Positions 1 to 7,348 of a DNA stretch of 20,000 nt are shown piece by piece. Source of the DNA: an uncultured virus (IMG/VR IMGVR_UViG_3300028887_000111) (taxonomy: Duplodnaviria > Heunggongvirae > Uroviricota > Caudoviricetes); IMG/VR virus record IMGVR_UViG_3300028887_000111, positions 52,740 through 72,739 of that record; one strand, given 5' to 3'. The stretch's first letter is position 1; the number at the start of each line of letters is the position of its first letter. Under the pieces are notes generated by a model. That model was not told the DNA's origin. It worked only from the letters and a program-made list of their open reading frames with translations, and did no database searches. The position numbers and the translations under genes are program-made.

Positions 1-430
1 GTTCAATGCCCTGAATCTGACCAGCGATGCTGATGTCGGTGCATGGGAACGAGTATGTTACAAAGTCTGCATAAGGCAATTCTTCTATCTTTGATATGTC
101 TCCCATATTCTTAGAAAGAACTGATGCCAGATAATACTTCTTTAAGTCTGCACTGTTGCGTTTCTTCTGCCAGTCATAAGCCTTGTTCTTCTCAAAGACA
201 TAGCCAATGTTACGACTTTCAAGGTACTCCACCATTTCATCTACGGGCGGATAATCATAGTTCTCAATAAGTTCTGGTGTAAGTCCACAGTGAACGGCAG
301 CGTAGCTCACGATTGCATCTTTGTCAATCTCTGATGTTGCTATTACCTCAGTGTCAAATAAACCAGAGTTTTTAAATCCTCTGATCTGAGCACCTATGCC
401 AGAAAATAATTCAATCATTGTCAACTTCAA
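1..430 (-). CDS. DNA (cytosine-5)-methyltransferase, 5' part (runs off the window start)
   Basis: Not in the ORF track; translated by hand from TTG at 430 (SD AGGAGG at 438-443): MKLTMIELFSGIGAQ (motif I, FxGxG). The catalytic motif IV DFVTYSFPCTDISIAG near the window start is in the same frame. Confidence 0.88.
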   Translation of the reverse strand, partial: MKLTMIELFSGIGAQIRGFKNSGLFDTEVIATSEIDKDAIVSYAAVHCGLTPELIENYDYPPVDEMVEYLESRNIGYVFEKNKAYDWQKKRNSADLKKYYLASVLSKNMGDISKIEELPYADFVTYSFPCTDISIAGQIQGIE

Positions 431-516
431 TTAAATTCCTCCTTGTTTCTAATTTGTTACTCTGTCAGTCAATAAAAGTAAAGTTTTATTGGATAAATAG
501 AGCCACTTTTCGGCTA

Positions 517-1380
517 TTATACGTTACCCAATCCCTTTAAAATATGAGCGATTACATCAACTGTCCAACCATTACCTATGGCTGTGTATCTTGCTGTGTT
601 TGAAACGCAGCTCGTATACTCATCTGGCAGCGTTTGTAATCTTTCATATTCAAGAGGTGTGAGTTTTCTTGCTCTGCCATTATCCATTACTTTCTTTTGA
701 GTATTACCACCGCCACAAGTTGTAAGAGTATGGCACTTAAAAGCAGGATTAAAAATTCTTTTGTGAATATCGTGATTTTTAAAATCCATTATCGCACACA
801 CTTGTTTACTCATATCAATATTCGTCAACGGATAATTGTAGAAAAAATTTTCGTCAACATTCGTTTCCATAATATCTGCAAGAACCTTATTAGATTTCTC
901 ATACATCATATCTACAGGTATATTTGTCCAATAATAGCGAGGTCTACTTTGAGCAGAGAAATCTGCACTATCTATGAAGATTGGCTCACAGCCTAAACAT
1001 TCAGATATAACCTGTTTGCATTCATCCTTCATACTTGCCACATTTTCAAACAAGAAATATCTTGGCTTCATTTCTTCAAAAGCCCTTACAAACTCAAAAA
1101 ATAATTTGCTTTTACCATCAAGATTCTGTCTTGTCTTACTCTGTACGATGCTCAAAGACTGACACGGACTACCGCCAATAAGTAAATCAAAATTTGCGTA
1201 CTCTCTAAAATCCGCTGTTGTAACATCTCCTTTGTGCTCAATCTGAGGATAATTTTTTTCGCTTACTTTTATAGCGTTTGGCTCAATTTCATATGCAACA
1301 TATTTTTCTACTGGAATGCCCGCCCTTTCAAGTGCCACCATTCCACAACTTATGCCGTCAAAAAGACTTAATACTTTCAT
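517..1380 (-). CDS. DNA (cytosine-5)-methyltransferase, 287 aa
   Basis: Motif I LSLFDGI, motif IV GGSPCQ, motif VI FENV, motif VIII QSRPRYYW, motifs IX/X ERLQTLP...IGNGW; SD AAGGAG upstream. Confidence 0.95.
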   Translation of the reverse strand: MKVLSLFDGISCGMVALERAGIPVEKYVAYEIEPNAIKVSEKNYPQIEHKGDVTTADFREYANFDLLIGGSPCQSLSIVQSKTRQNLDGKSKLFFEFVRAFEEMKPRYFLFENVASMKDECKQVISECLGCEPIFIDSADFSAQSRPRYYWTNIPVDMMYEKSNKVLADIMETNVDENFFYNYPLTNIDMSKQVCAIMDFKNHDIHKRIFNPAFKCHTLTTCGGGNTQKKVMDNGRARKLTPLEYERLQTLPDEYTSCVSNTARYTAIGNGWTVDVIAHILKGLGNV

Positions 1381-1467
1381 TTTTCTCTCCTTATCACTAA
1401 TTTATTATTTTGCAATCACATAAAAGAACCGTTTTATTCAGTTTTGACCTACGTAGAATAGGCAAAT

Positions 1468-2205
1468 TCAGACTGCTTCGATTCTGTTTTTTGCAATCTC
1501 AAAATATTTTTCATTAAGCTCCATACCGATGAAGTCTCTGTTAAGACTTTTAGCCGCCACACCAGTTGAACCACTTCCCATAACGCAATCCAAAACCAAG
1601 TCACCTTCTCTTGTGTAAGTTTTAATAAGATATTCAAGTAAGGCTACTGGCTTCTGTGTGGGGTGAAATCCGCCTTTATCTCTTGTGAACTTCTGTATTG
1701 TCTTAGGGTGACGCTTGCCGTCCTTATTGTCTGTTACAATAGTTCCTAAACCGCCTTTCCAGTTGTCGCTCATTCTGCCCGACTTCTGGCAATACGGTGT
1801 ACCATCTGTCTTTTGAGGAAAATACTTCATAGGTGTTCTTGTGCCATTTGTTACTCTGCCCTTGCCAAAGATGAACACGAACTCGTGTATTCTGAATGGT
1901 TGAAGATTCACATTAGGAGCATTTGTTCCATTGTCTTTCTCCCATACCCAATCATATTTGTAGAGGTGTGGCATAAGATTGAACAACTGTACTCCAAACC
2001 TGAACGTGCCTGTAAGAGCAATACAACCGTCCTCTCTAATCAGACGTTCAAACTCGTGGCACACTCTTTCTAAATCGAATGACCTATCCCATTTATTGCC
2101 TGTCTCCTTATAGGGGAGGTCACAAAGGATTAAATCTACGCTGTTGTCGGGCAAATCTTTGAGATGCTCAAAGCAGTCGCCTTGAAATAACTGTATATTA
2201 CTCAT
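1468..2205 (-). CDS. DNA N6-adenine/N4-cytosine methyltransferase (beta class)
   Basis: GDC...DLILCDLPY (DPPY-type motif IV) precedes HPTQKPVALL and VLDCVMGSGSTG (motif I). Start moved from 2223 to ATG 2205 because SD GAAAGGAAG lies at 2211-2219. Confidence 0.93.
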   Translation of the reverse strand: MSNIQLFQGDCFEHLKDLPDNSVDLILCDLPYKETGNKWDRSFDLERVCHEFERLIREDGCIALTGTFRFGVQLFNLMPHLYKYDWVWEKDNGTNAPNVNLQPFRIHEFVFIFGKGRVTNGTRTPMKYFPQKTDGTPYCQKSGRMSDNWKGGLGTIVTDNKDGKRHPKTIQKFTRDKGGFHPTQKPVALLEYLIKTYTREGDLVLDCVMGSGSTGVAAKSLNRDFIGMELNEKYFEIAKNRIEAV

Positions 2206-2268
2206 TACATCTTCCTTTCGCATAAAAGATTTATTTTATCCAGTTTTTATAGCCTGTTTTTGGCTATT

Positions 2269-2814
2269 TTACGTTAGTGATTTTTCATATTTGTGCAGCT
2301 CTCGCATCTCCAATTTGCTCGGAAGGAAGTCTCTGCAAAAATATGCCGATCCAAAGTGGTTGCCCTTAGTGTATGTAGTCATATTGCCATTAGTGTGATA
2401 ATCTATTCTTGCATCAAAGCACAACATCTGAATCTCGTTTTGAAATATTTTAAACCGCTTCTTGCCCTGTATACTATTGCAAGGCAGAAGGATTGCAAAA
2501 GGTTTACCGAGTTCAAAAGCTCTCTGCAACACATCGTCCTTTTTACTAAAAGGCGGATTGCTTATCATTATGTCCCACTTCTCAGGTTCATAATTGAAGA
2601 AGTCTTGACCTTCAGCAAGAGAACTTCTAACTACGTCATACCCCCCCCGCTTGAATGTCTGGTAGAACGCCGACCATTCCTCGTCAAACGGACACCAAAT
2701 CGTCTTATCTTTTGGGATAAACTCAAGCAGAGGATCAACCGCATAGTAGGGAGTGTATACTTCATCTCCTGCCGCCGTGCGGTCACAAGTTAAATACCCA
2801 ACATTTAAAGGCAT
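2269..2814 (-). CDS. Small phage adenine-specific methyltransferase-like protein, 181 aa
   Basis: DEVYTP, IWCPFD, DFF and ISNPPFS (NPPF amino-MTase motif IV); SD AGGAG upstream of a TTG/ATG-region start. Confidence 0.8.
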   Translation of the reverse strand: MPLNVGYLTCDRTAAGDEVYTPYYAVDPLLEFIPKDKTIWCPFDEEWSAFYQTFKRGGYDVVRSSLAEGQDFFNYEPEKWDIMISNPPFSKKDDVLQRAFELGKPFAILLPCNSIQGKKRFKIFQNEIQMLCFDARIDYHTNGNMTTYTKGNHFGSAYFCRDFLPSKLEMRELHKYEKSLT

Positions 2815-2851
2815 TTTAATCTCTCCTCTCTAATCTAATAAAAGGCATATT

Positions 2852-3067
2852 TCAAGTTTTGTATGGTTCTGGAAGGAAACGCCATGCTACAACGTGAGTA
2901 TATTGTTTTAATCCTACCCAACGATATACATCAGACTCATCTCCGAGAATAGGAGAATAATTAGTCCAATACCCAATTTGTATTTCGCCACTGTCATCTG
3001 TAACAAGATAATGTTCACGTTCAGGCGGTGGAGAACCTATATACCACATATCTCTCATCTTTTTCAC
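2852..3067 (-). CDS. Small phage protein, DUF551-like (ATG at 3058 is a likely alternative start)
   Basis: W..PP....YLV...VVAWRFLPEPY pattern typical of DUF551-like phage proteins. Confidence 0.65.
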   Translation of the reverse strand: MKKMRDMWYIGSPPPEREHYLVTDDSGEIQIGYWTNYSPILGDESDVYRWVGLKQYTHVVAWRFLPEPYKT

Positions 3068-3094
3068 CTCACATAAAAGACACGTTTCATTCGT

Positions 3095-3289
3095 TCAATA
3101 CTCGTCAATATCTTCATCGGTAAAATGGCTATACAAAAATCTGATTTCTGCAATAGTTAATATTATTAGCCTTTCCGAATCATCGGTATAGTCGTTATAA
3201 CTGTGTGCTGAGCGGTCTTTCTTATCCGCTATCAGCTTATCAACTATGCTCTCCATTAGTTTTGTTTCTTCATCAGTCATTCTGTTCAC
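3095..3289 (-). CDS. Hypothetical protein, 64 aa
   Basis: ORF in operon orientation, overlapping the upstream gene's stop. Confidence 0.6.
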   Translation of the reverse strand: MNRMTDEETKLMESIVDKLIADKKDRSAHSYNDYTDDSERLIILTIAEIRFLYSHFTDEDIDEY

Positions 3290-3545
3290 CGTCCCTTTTC
3301 TTCCTAAAAACTATCTCATATTCTGAGTTAGGATAACTAATAGTTCTCTCTAAGCTCTGACCACTTTCAAGTTCTGTTTCTTCTGCGGCTTCTTCATACT
3401 GCTCTTGCAACCATGCATAAAAAGCGGCAACAACTTCATCGGTAACATCAGATTTATTTATCCAACGCTTTTTATCCTTGGTGAGTGTTCCAGCGTATAT
3501 AGTACCCGCAAAGCCTATACCAACATGATATTCAGCCATTTTCAT
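3273..3545 (-). CDS. Hypothetical phage protein, 90 aa
   Basis: ORF with strong SD AGGAGG; IYAGTL...W..KSDVTDE pattern resembles small phage proteins. Confidence 0.7.
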   Translation of the reverse strand: MKMAEYHVGIGFAGTIYAGTLTKDKKRWINKSDVTDEVVAAFYAWLQEQYEEAAEETELESGQSLERTISYPNSEYEIVFRKKRDGEQND

Positions 3546-3573
3546 TTCCTCCTAACTGTTTGAAATTCGTCTT

Positions 3574-4710
3574 TCAAACAACCTTGATGCCAGTAATTTC
3601 TTCAAACACACTTGCATCAAAATTAGGAATATCCTTGACTGCAACTCTTTCATCTTCTGTCATATTATCCCACATAATACCACAAGCTGTTTTGAAATCA
3701 ACCGATTTGAGATAACCGCCAGTTGTTTCGTGTTCAGGATGTGCTTCTTTTTCTTCCGCCGTCATATTCTCACTGTAAATCCACCAGTCGTTCTCATACT
3801 TCCAATCCATAGCTCTTACAGCTAAGTTGCTATTAAAAGCATTTCTGTCAATATCTAATGGCTTGTTGAAAGCGCATAACGGTTGCTCAATTGAATTAAA
3901 AAAGCCAGTAGAGAAATCACCGCTGTTCCAATCACCGCTGTTCCAATTGCCGCTGTTGCAATTACCGCTGTTGTAATCACCGCTGTTGCGATTGCCGCTG
4001 TTCCAATTACCGCTGTTGTAATCACCGCTGTTGTAATCACCGCTGTTGCAATTACCGCTGTTGTAATCACCGCTGTTGCGATTACCGCTGTTGTAATCAC
4101 CGCTGTTGTAATCACCGCTGTTGCAATTACCGCTGTTGCAATTACCGCTGTTGTAATCACCGCTGTTGCAATTACCGCTGTTGCAATTACCGCTGTTGTA
4201 ATCACCGCTGTTGCGATTACCGCTGTTGCAATTACCGCTGTTGTAATCACCGCTGTTGTAATCACCGCTGTTGCAATTACCGCTGTTGTAATCACCGCTG
4301 TTGCGATTACCGCTGTTGCAATTACCGCTGTTGTAATCACCGCTGTTGCGATTACCGCTGTTGCAATTACCGCTGTTGCGATTACCGCTGTTGCGATTGC
4401 CCGTACAGTCCTTTCCTGTATTGGCTAAATCAAGAACCTCGTGCCAAGTAAGCTCCCTTAAAATTACGATTTCATCTGTGACGGATTTATCGCCTTTAGT
4501 CTCAACATTACCGATAGCTTCGACTTCTGCAACCTTATTGTTGCTGTTAAAGCCGTAATAATTGAAGCAATCTGAGACCTTCCGGCAGAAGTGAAATCCT
4601 GCACCACACATCTCAATATTGCCATCGTGCTTGAAAGTTTTGCCAACCTCGTACTGAAAACCTCTGCAAGTCCAGTCAGGGTTGAACACTTTGTAGCCTT
4701 TAATACTCAC
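3574..4710 (-). CDS. Pentapeptide (xNSG[N/D]) repeat protein, 378 aa
   Basis: N-terminal KGYKVFNPDWTCRGFQYEVG...GFHFC domain, 32 NSG-containing pentapeptides, globular C-terminus; GTG start with SD AAGGAGG. Confidence 0.88.
   Translation of the reverse strand: MSIKGYKVFNPDWTCRGFQYEVGKTFKHDGNIEMCGAGFHFCRKVSDCFNYYGFNSNNKVAEVEAIGNVETKGDKSVTDEIVILRELTWHEVLDLANTGKDCTGNRNSGNRNSGNCNSGNRNSGDYNSGNCNSGNRNSGDYNSGNCNSGDYNSGDYNSGNCNSGNRNSGDYNSGNCNSGNCNSGDYNSGNCNSGNCNSGDYNSGDYNSGNRNSGDYNSGNCNSGDYNSGDYNSGNWNSGNRNSGDYNSGNCNSGNWNSGDWNSGDFSTGFFNSIEQPLCAFNKPLDIDRNAFNSNLAVRAMDWKYENDWWIYSENMTAEEKEAHPEHETTGGYLKSVDFKTACGIMWDNMTEDERVAVKDIPNFDASVFEEITGIKVV
3916..4395. repeat. Coding tandem repeat, 32 x 15 bp
   Basis: Unit AT(T/C)RCCGCTGTT+(GCA/GTA/GCG/CCA) repeated head to tail; 480 bp / 15 = 32. 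Confidence 0.97.
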
Positions 4711-4778
4711 TATTATTCCTCCTTAAAACTCAACTTTTATTTGGTTAATCATTACCGCTAATTTGTTGTCTTGTAAAT

Positions 4779-5845
4779 TTAAAACAAAGCACAGCCTTGC
4801 CTCTTAAAGTCTGCTACTGCATTATCCCATGCCTCATTATCTAAGCAACAAAGTTCTTTCAGATGCTTCTTGCAGTAAATCTTGCTTGTTCCTCTGCCGA
4901 GAAGTTTCAGATTCATTGCAAGCACATCATTCTGTCTTACGTTCCTACCGCACACTTCGCAAGTCTTGTTGAAGTATTGCAAAGCCGTATCATAGTTGTC
5001 AAGTCCTTTGTGCTCCATAAACTCTGTCACAACTTCTTCTGTTGGTTCTGGTCTAAGTAAACCACCATTCCAAGCTCCGTTTACATATTCGTCTATAGTG
5101 CAATTCAGCTTAGTCCAGCGATTCTCCTGCGCAAAGACTTTGCGCAGGATGCTGCGCCATCGGTCATACGCCATGCGATACCAATACTTATCTAATACCC
5201 AAGTGTACTTGGTGTAATACGGGCAAGCCACTGAACACCCAACTCTACTATATCCCTTACGGTATTTAGGATTTATTTCAATGCCGTTTTTAAGAATATA
5301 GAGCCATATGTCAAGCTCACTCCACTTTCTTATAGGCAAGCAACTAAACCAATCACGATCTCCCCACTTTGGATTGTGCGATATATCCTGTCGGTCTGCT
5401 CTCTGCGCTGATTCGTCATTTCTCACGCCCATAAAGAAAAGCATCTGTGGTTCACTATCAAAGTATTCTATGCTCTTACCTTCCTTGAATACTGTACAGC
5501 AACCACGGCTGAATCTTGTGGGAATGAAATGCTCTTTGAAGATGTATTTGTAGAACCCAATGTCGGGATTGATAATTGTCCAGTCTTTATGAGCTTTTAC
5601 CATTTTATAGGTATCGCCTGTATCAAGAGTAGTGTTATTGAAGTGAACACCCACATCAGGTAAAACACGAGTTACCAAATCAAGAGTTACCATGCTGTCT
5701 TTACCTGTAGATGTAAATACTACTTTCTTGTGATTCGGATAGTCCTGTATCGCCTTGTTGATAACGCTCATTGAGTCTGCAATTCTGTCATCAAGTTCCC
5801 CACTGAGCCTTGCTATGGTCTGCTGCCAAGTCTCAAATTGTTGCG
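4779..5845 (-). CDS. PAPS-reductase-family (PP-loop, Fe-S) protein, body of the gene; its 5' end is inverted at 5846-6116
   Basis: STGKDS PP-loop, RGCC, GVRNDESAQR, PIRKWS, GYSRVGCSVACP and C-terminal CEVC/CKKH. Frame stays open upstream of ATG 5771 (no SD there) through the inverted repeat, with a stop at 5868-5870. Confidence 0.9.
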
Positions 5846-6116
5846 AAAGTTTGATTTTATTGCCAATTTAGCAACGTAGAATAGGCATTTCCCAGTGAAA
5901 GGAGAATGATAATGCAACCCATCTTCAAAGAGATGATTCAAATGTGGAGCGATTTAGGTTATCCTCTGCTGATAGAGGAAGGCAAGTATTGGCTTGAAAA
6001 CCACTTCGTCTGCGGATTTACAGCCGATGGTGAACTTCACAAGCTGTATAAATACAAGGTGGCAGACGATTTAAGCATTGAGATAACGCCTTACAAGTCG
6101 AATAAAATCAAACTTT
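5846..6116. mobile_element. Putative invertible DNA segment (271 bp) bounded by perfect 16-bp inverted repeats
   Basis: AAAGTTTGATTTTATT (5846-5861) is the exact reverse complement of AATAAAATCAAACTTT (6101-6116); inversion restores an in-frame fusion. Confidence 0.85.
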
Positions 6117-6118
6117 AA
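5906..6118 (+). CDS. Inverted N-terminal fragment (68-70 aa) of the PAPS-reductase-family gene
   Basis: Only credible + strand ORF in the window; SD AAAGGAG at 5898-5904 (ATG 5912 best spaced); ends at the right inverted repeat (NKIKL*). Confidence 0.85.
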   Translation: MIMQPIFKEMIQMWSDLGYPLLIEEGKYWLENHFVCGFTADGELHKLYKYKVADDLSIEITPYKSNKIKL

Positions 6119-6423
6119 TGTCTTGTCTTTACATCAGAAAAGTCAAACTTAGGTTTATTCTTTAATTTCTCGTTGCATTCATCAATGGCTTTGTGTAGAT
6201 CGGACTTCCTACCCCATTCAATATACCCTGCAATATTTGTGATAAGATAGAATATATACATTACTACCATAGGAATATTCATAGTGCCGAGAAAGTTTAC
6301 TCCCAACCACGCTATGTTCCCTAATATCCATATCCACCAGCCAGAGCGTTTCTTATGGGCGATAAGTACATTACCGCCCAAGCTGAATACGCTGCCGAGA
6401 ATTGAAAATATTAAGACTATCAC
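6115..6423 (-). CDS. Small membrane protein, PnuC / nicotinamide-mononucleotide-transporter-like, 102 aa
   Basis: Three hydrophobic segments; K.R.GWWIWILGN..W and NIAGYIEW patterns. Confidence 0.6.
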   Translation of the reverse strand: MIVLIFSILGSVFSLGGNVLIAHKKRSGWWIWILGNIAWLGVNFLGTMNIPMVVMYIFYLITNIAGYIEWGRKSDLHKAIDECNEKLKNKPKFDFSDVKTRH

Positions 6424-7244
6424 TTCTTGTTATCCTCTGCGATTATCTCTTTTGCAAGCTTCTGAGCTGCTTCTTCAAAGGCAATTTCTTTAGCTCTCTT
6501 GCGGAGAAGATAACGCTCGTGTCTTGCCTTACGACGCTCAACGTGCCATGCTTCGTGTTCCTGTTTTTCTTCTACTGTATTAAGAACCTTGCCACAGTAG
6601 ATACAAGTGCGTGATAATTCATCTTCACATCTATTCAATTTGACAGCTTCGGCGTATGCTTTGTAAAAATTACCTCCACAAATTGCATTCGCAAGAGCTT
6701 CAAGAACACCCTGTCTTTCATCATAATCTGCCTTATCACAAGTTGCAGAACCCTTAACGGTAGTGACCTTATCAAAAACATTGCCACTAAGCAACTCAAT
6801 ATTTGTTGTCATTGTCGGGATAGTGCCGTTGCAACTCTTATCCACTCTCGTTCCTTCTGTTACATAAAATGTAAATTTCATTGAATTTTTACCTCCATTT
6901 TTTGCCGATATACCGTCGTTTGAAAATGCGTTAAAATGTTCTGCTAACTCTTTATTTAATCTCTCTGCATATTCTTCGGCTTGTTTTTCATTAAACACAT
7001 ACTCCACATTCGGGAATAACACGGATCTAATAGCTACTGGTTCAAGCGTATCTCCCCTACACCACCAACCATGATTATTTTGGCAAAGACCACCGCAGCT
7101 ATGTTTATAACCACTTTCTTCAAAATCAACTGCATAATCACCACCTGAAGAAATGCCACGAATAATGCCTACTTCACCAACTTCGACATTATCAATGTCT
7201 CTTTGAACTACATAACGCACTCTGTCTCCAACTTTAAACTCCAT
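6420..7244 (-). CDS. Hypothetical protein with N-terminal SH3-like region and C2H2-type Zn finger, 274 aa
   Basis: FKVGDRVR...GII N-terminus; CIYC-x12-H-x3-H; SD AAAGGAG. Confidence 0.7.
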   Translation of the reverse strand: MEFKVGDRVRYVVQRDIDNVEVGEVGIIRGISSGGDYAVDFEESGYKHSCGGLCQNNHGWWCRGDTLEPVAIRSVLFPNVEYVFNEKQAEEYAERLNKELAEHFNAFSNDGISAKNGGKNSMKFTFYVTEGTRVDKSCNGTIPTMTTNIELLSGNVFDKVTTVKGSATCDKADYDERQGVLEALANAICGGNFYKAYAEAVKLNRCEDELSRTCIYCGKVLNTVEEKQEHEAWHVERRKARHERYLLRKRAKEIAFEEAAQKLAKEIIAEDNKK

Positions 7245-7273
7245 ATTAACACTCCTTTTAGACTTTAAAATGT

Positions 7274-7309
7274 AAAAAAATACCAGAGGGCGAGTTGCCT
7301 TACCCTCTG
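7274..7309 (-). terminator. Intrinsic terminator-like hairpin downstream of the polymerase gene
   Basis: Minus strand CAGAGGG-TAAGGCAACTCG-CCCTCTG followed by GTATTTTTTT. Confidence 0.7.
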
Positions 7310-7315
7310 ATTACT

Positions 7316-7344
7316 ATTATAACACATAAATATTAGAATGTCAA
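7316..7344 (-). promoter_or_regulatory. Consensus sigma70/sigmaA promoter
   Basis: Minus strand TTGACA (7344-7339), 17-nt spacer, TATAAT (7321-7316), with extended -10 TG. Confidence 0.85.
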
Positions 7345-7348
7345 TACC

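Larger units (their letters stand above)
472..6119. repeat. Dispersed 18-bp dyad sites (ATAAAA-N6-TTTYAT), left cluster
   Basis: Copies start at 472, 1420, 2222, 2838, 3073, 3560, 4723, 5843 (reverse) and 6102. Confidence 0.88.

Noticed and set aside
3855..4340. 161-aa alternative-frame ORF (ITTAV repeats) and the + strand ORF at 4346-4558
   Set aside because: By-products of the stop-free tandem repeat and antisense frame; no SD.
3916..4395. Possible CRISPR array
   Set aside because: Units are contiguous 15-mers with no unique spacers and lie in frame within a protein-coding gene.
4779..5845. Complete Dnd phosphorothioation system or sulfate assimilation (cysH)
   Set aside because: Only a PAPS-reductase-like domain is present, with no dndA/B/D/E or cys pathway genes in the window; substrate cannot be assigned.
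5843..5887. ECF-sigma promoter (TGAAAC-N16/17-CGTA) formed by the dyad plus the CGTA motif
   Set aside because: The distance between the GAAA and CGTA elements is much longer than 16-17 nt.
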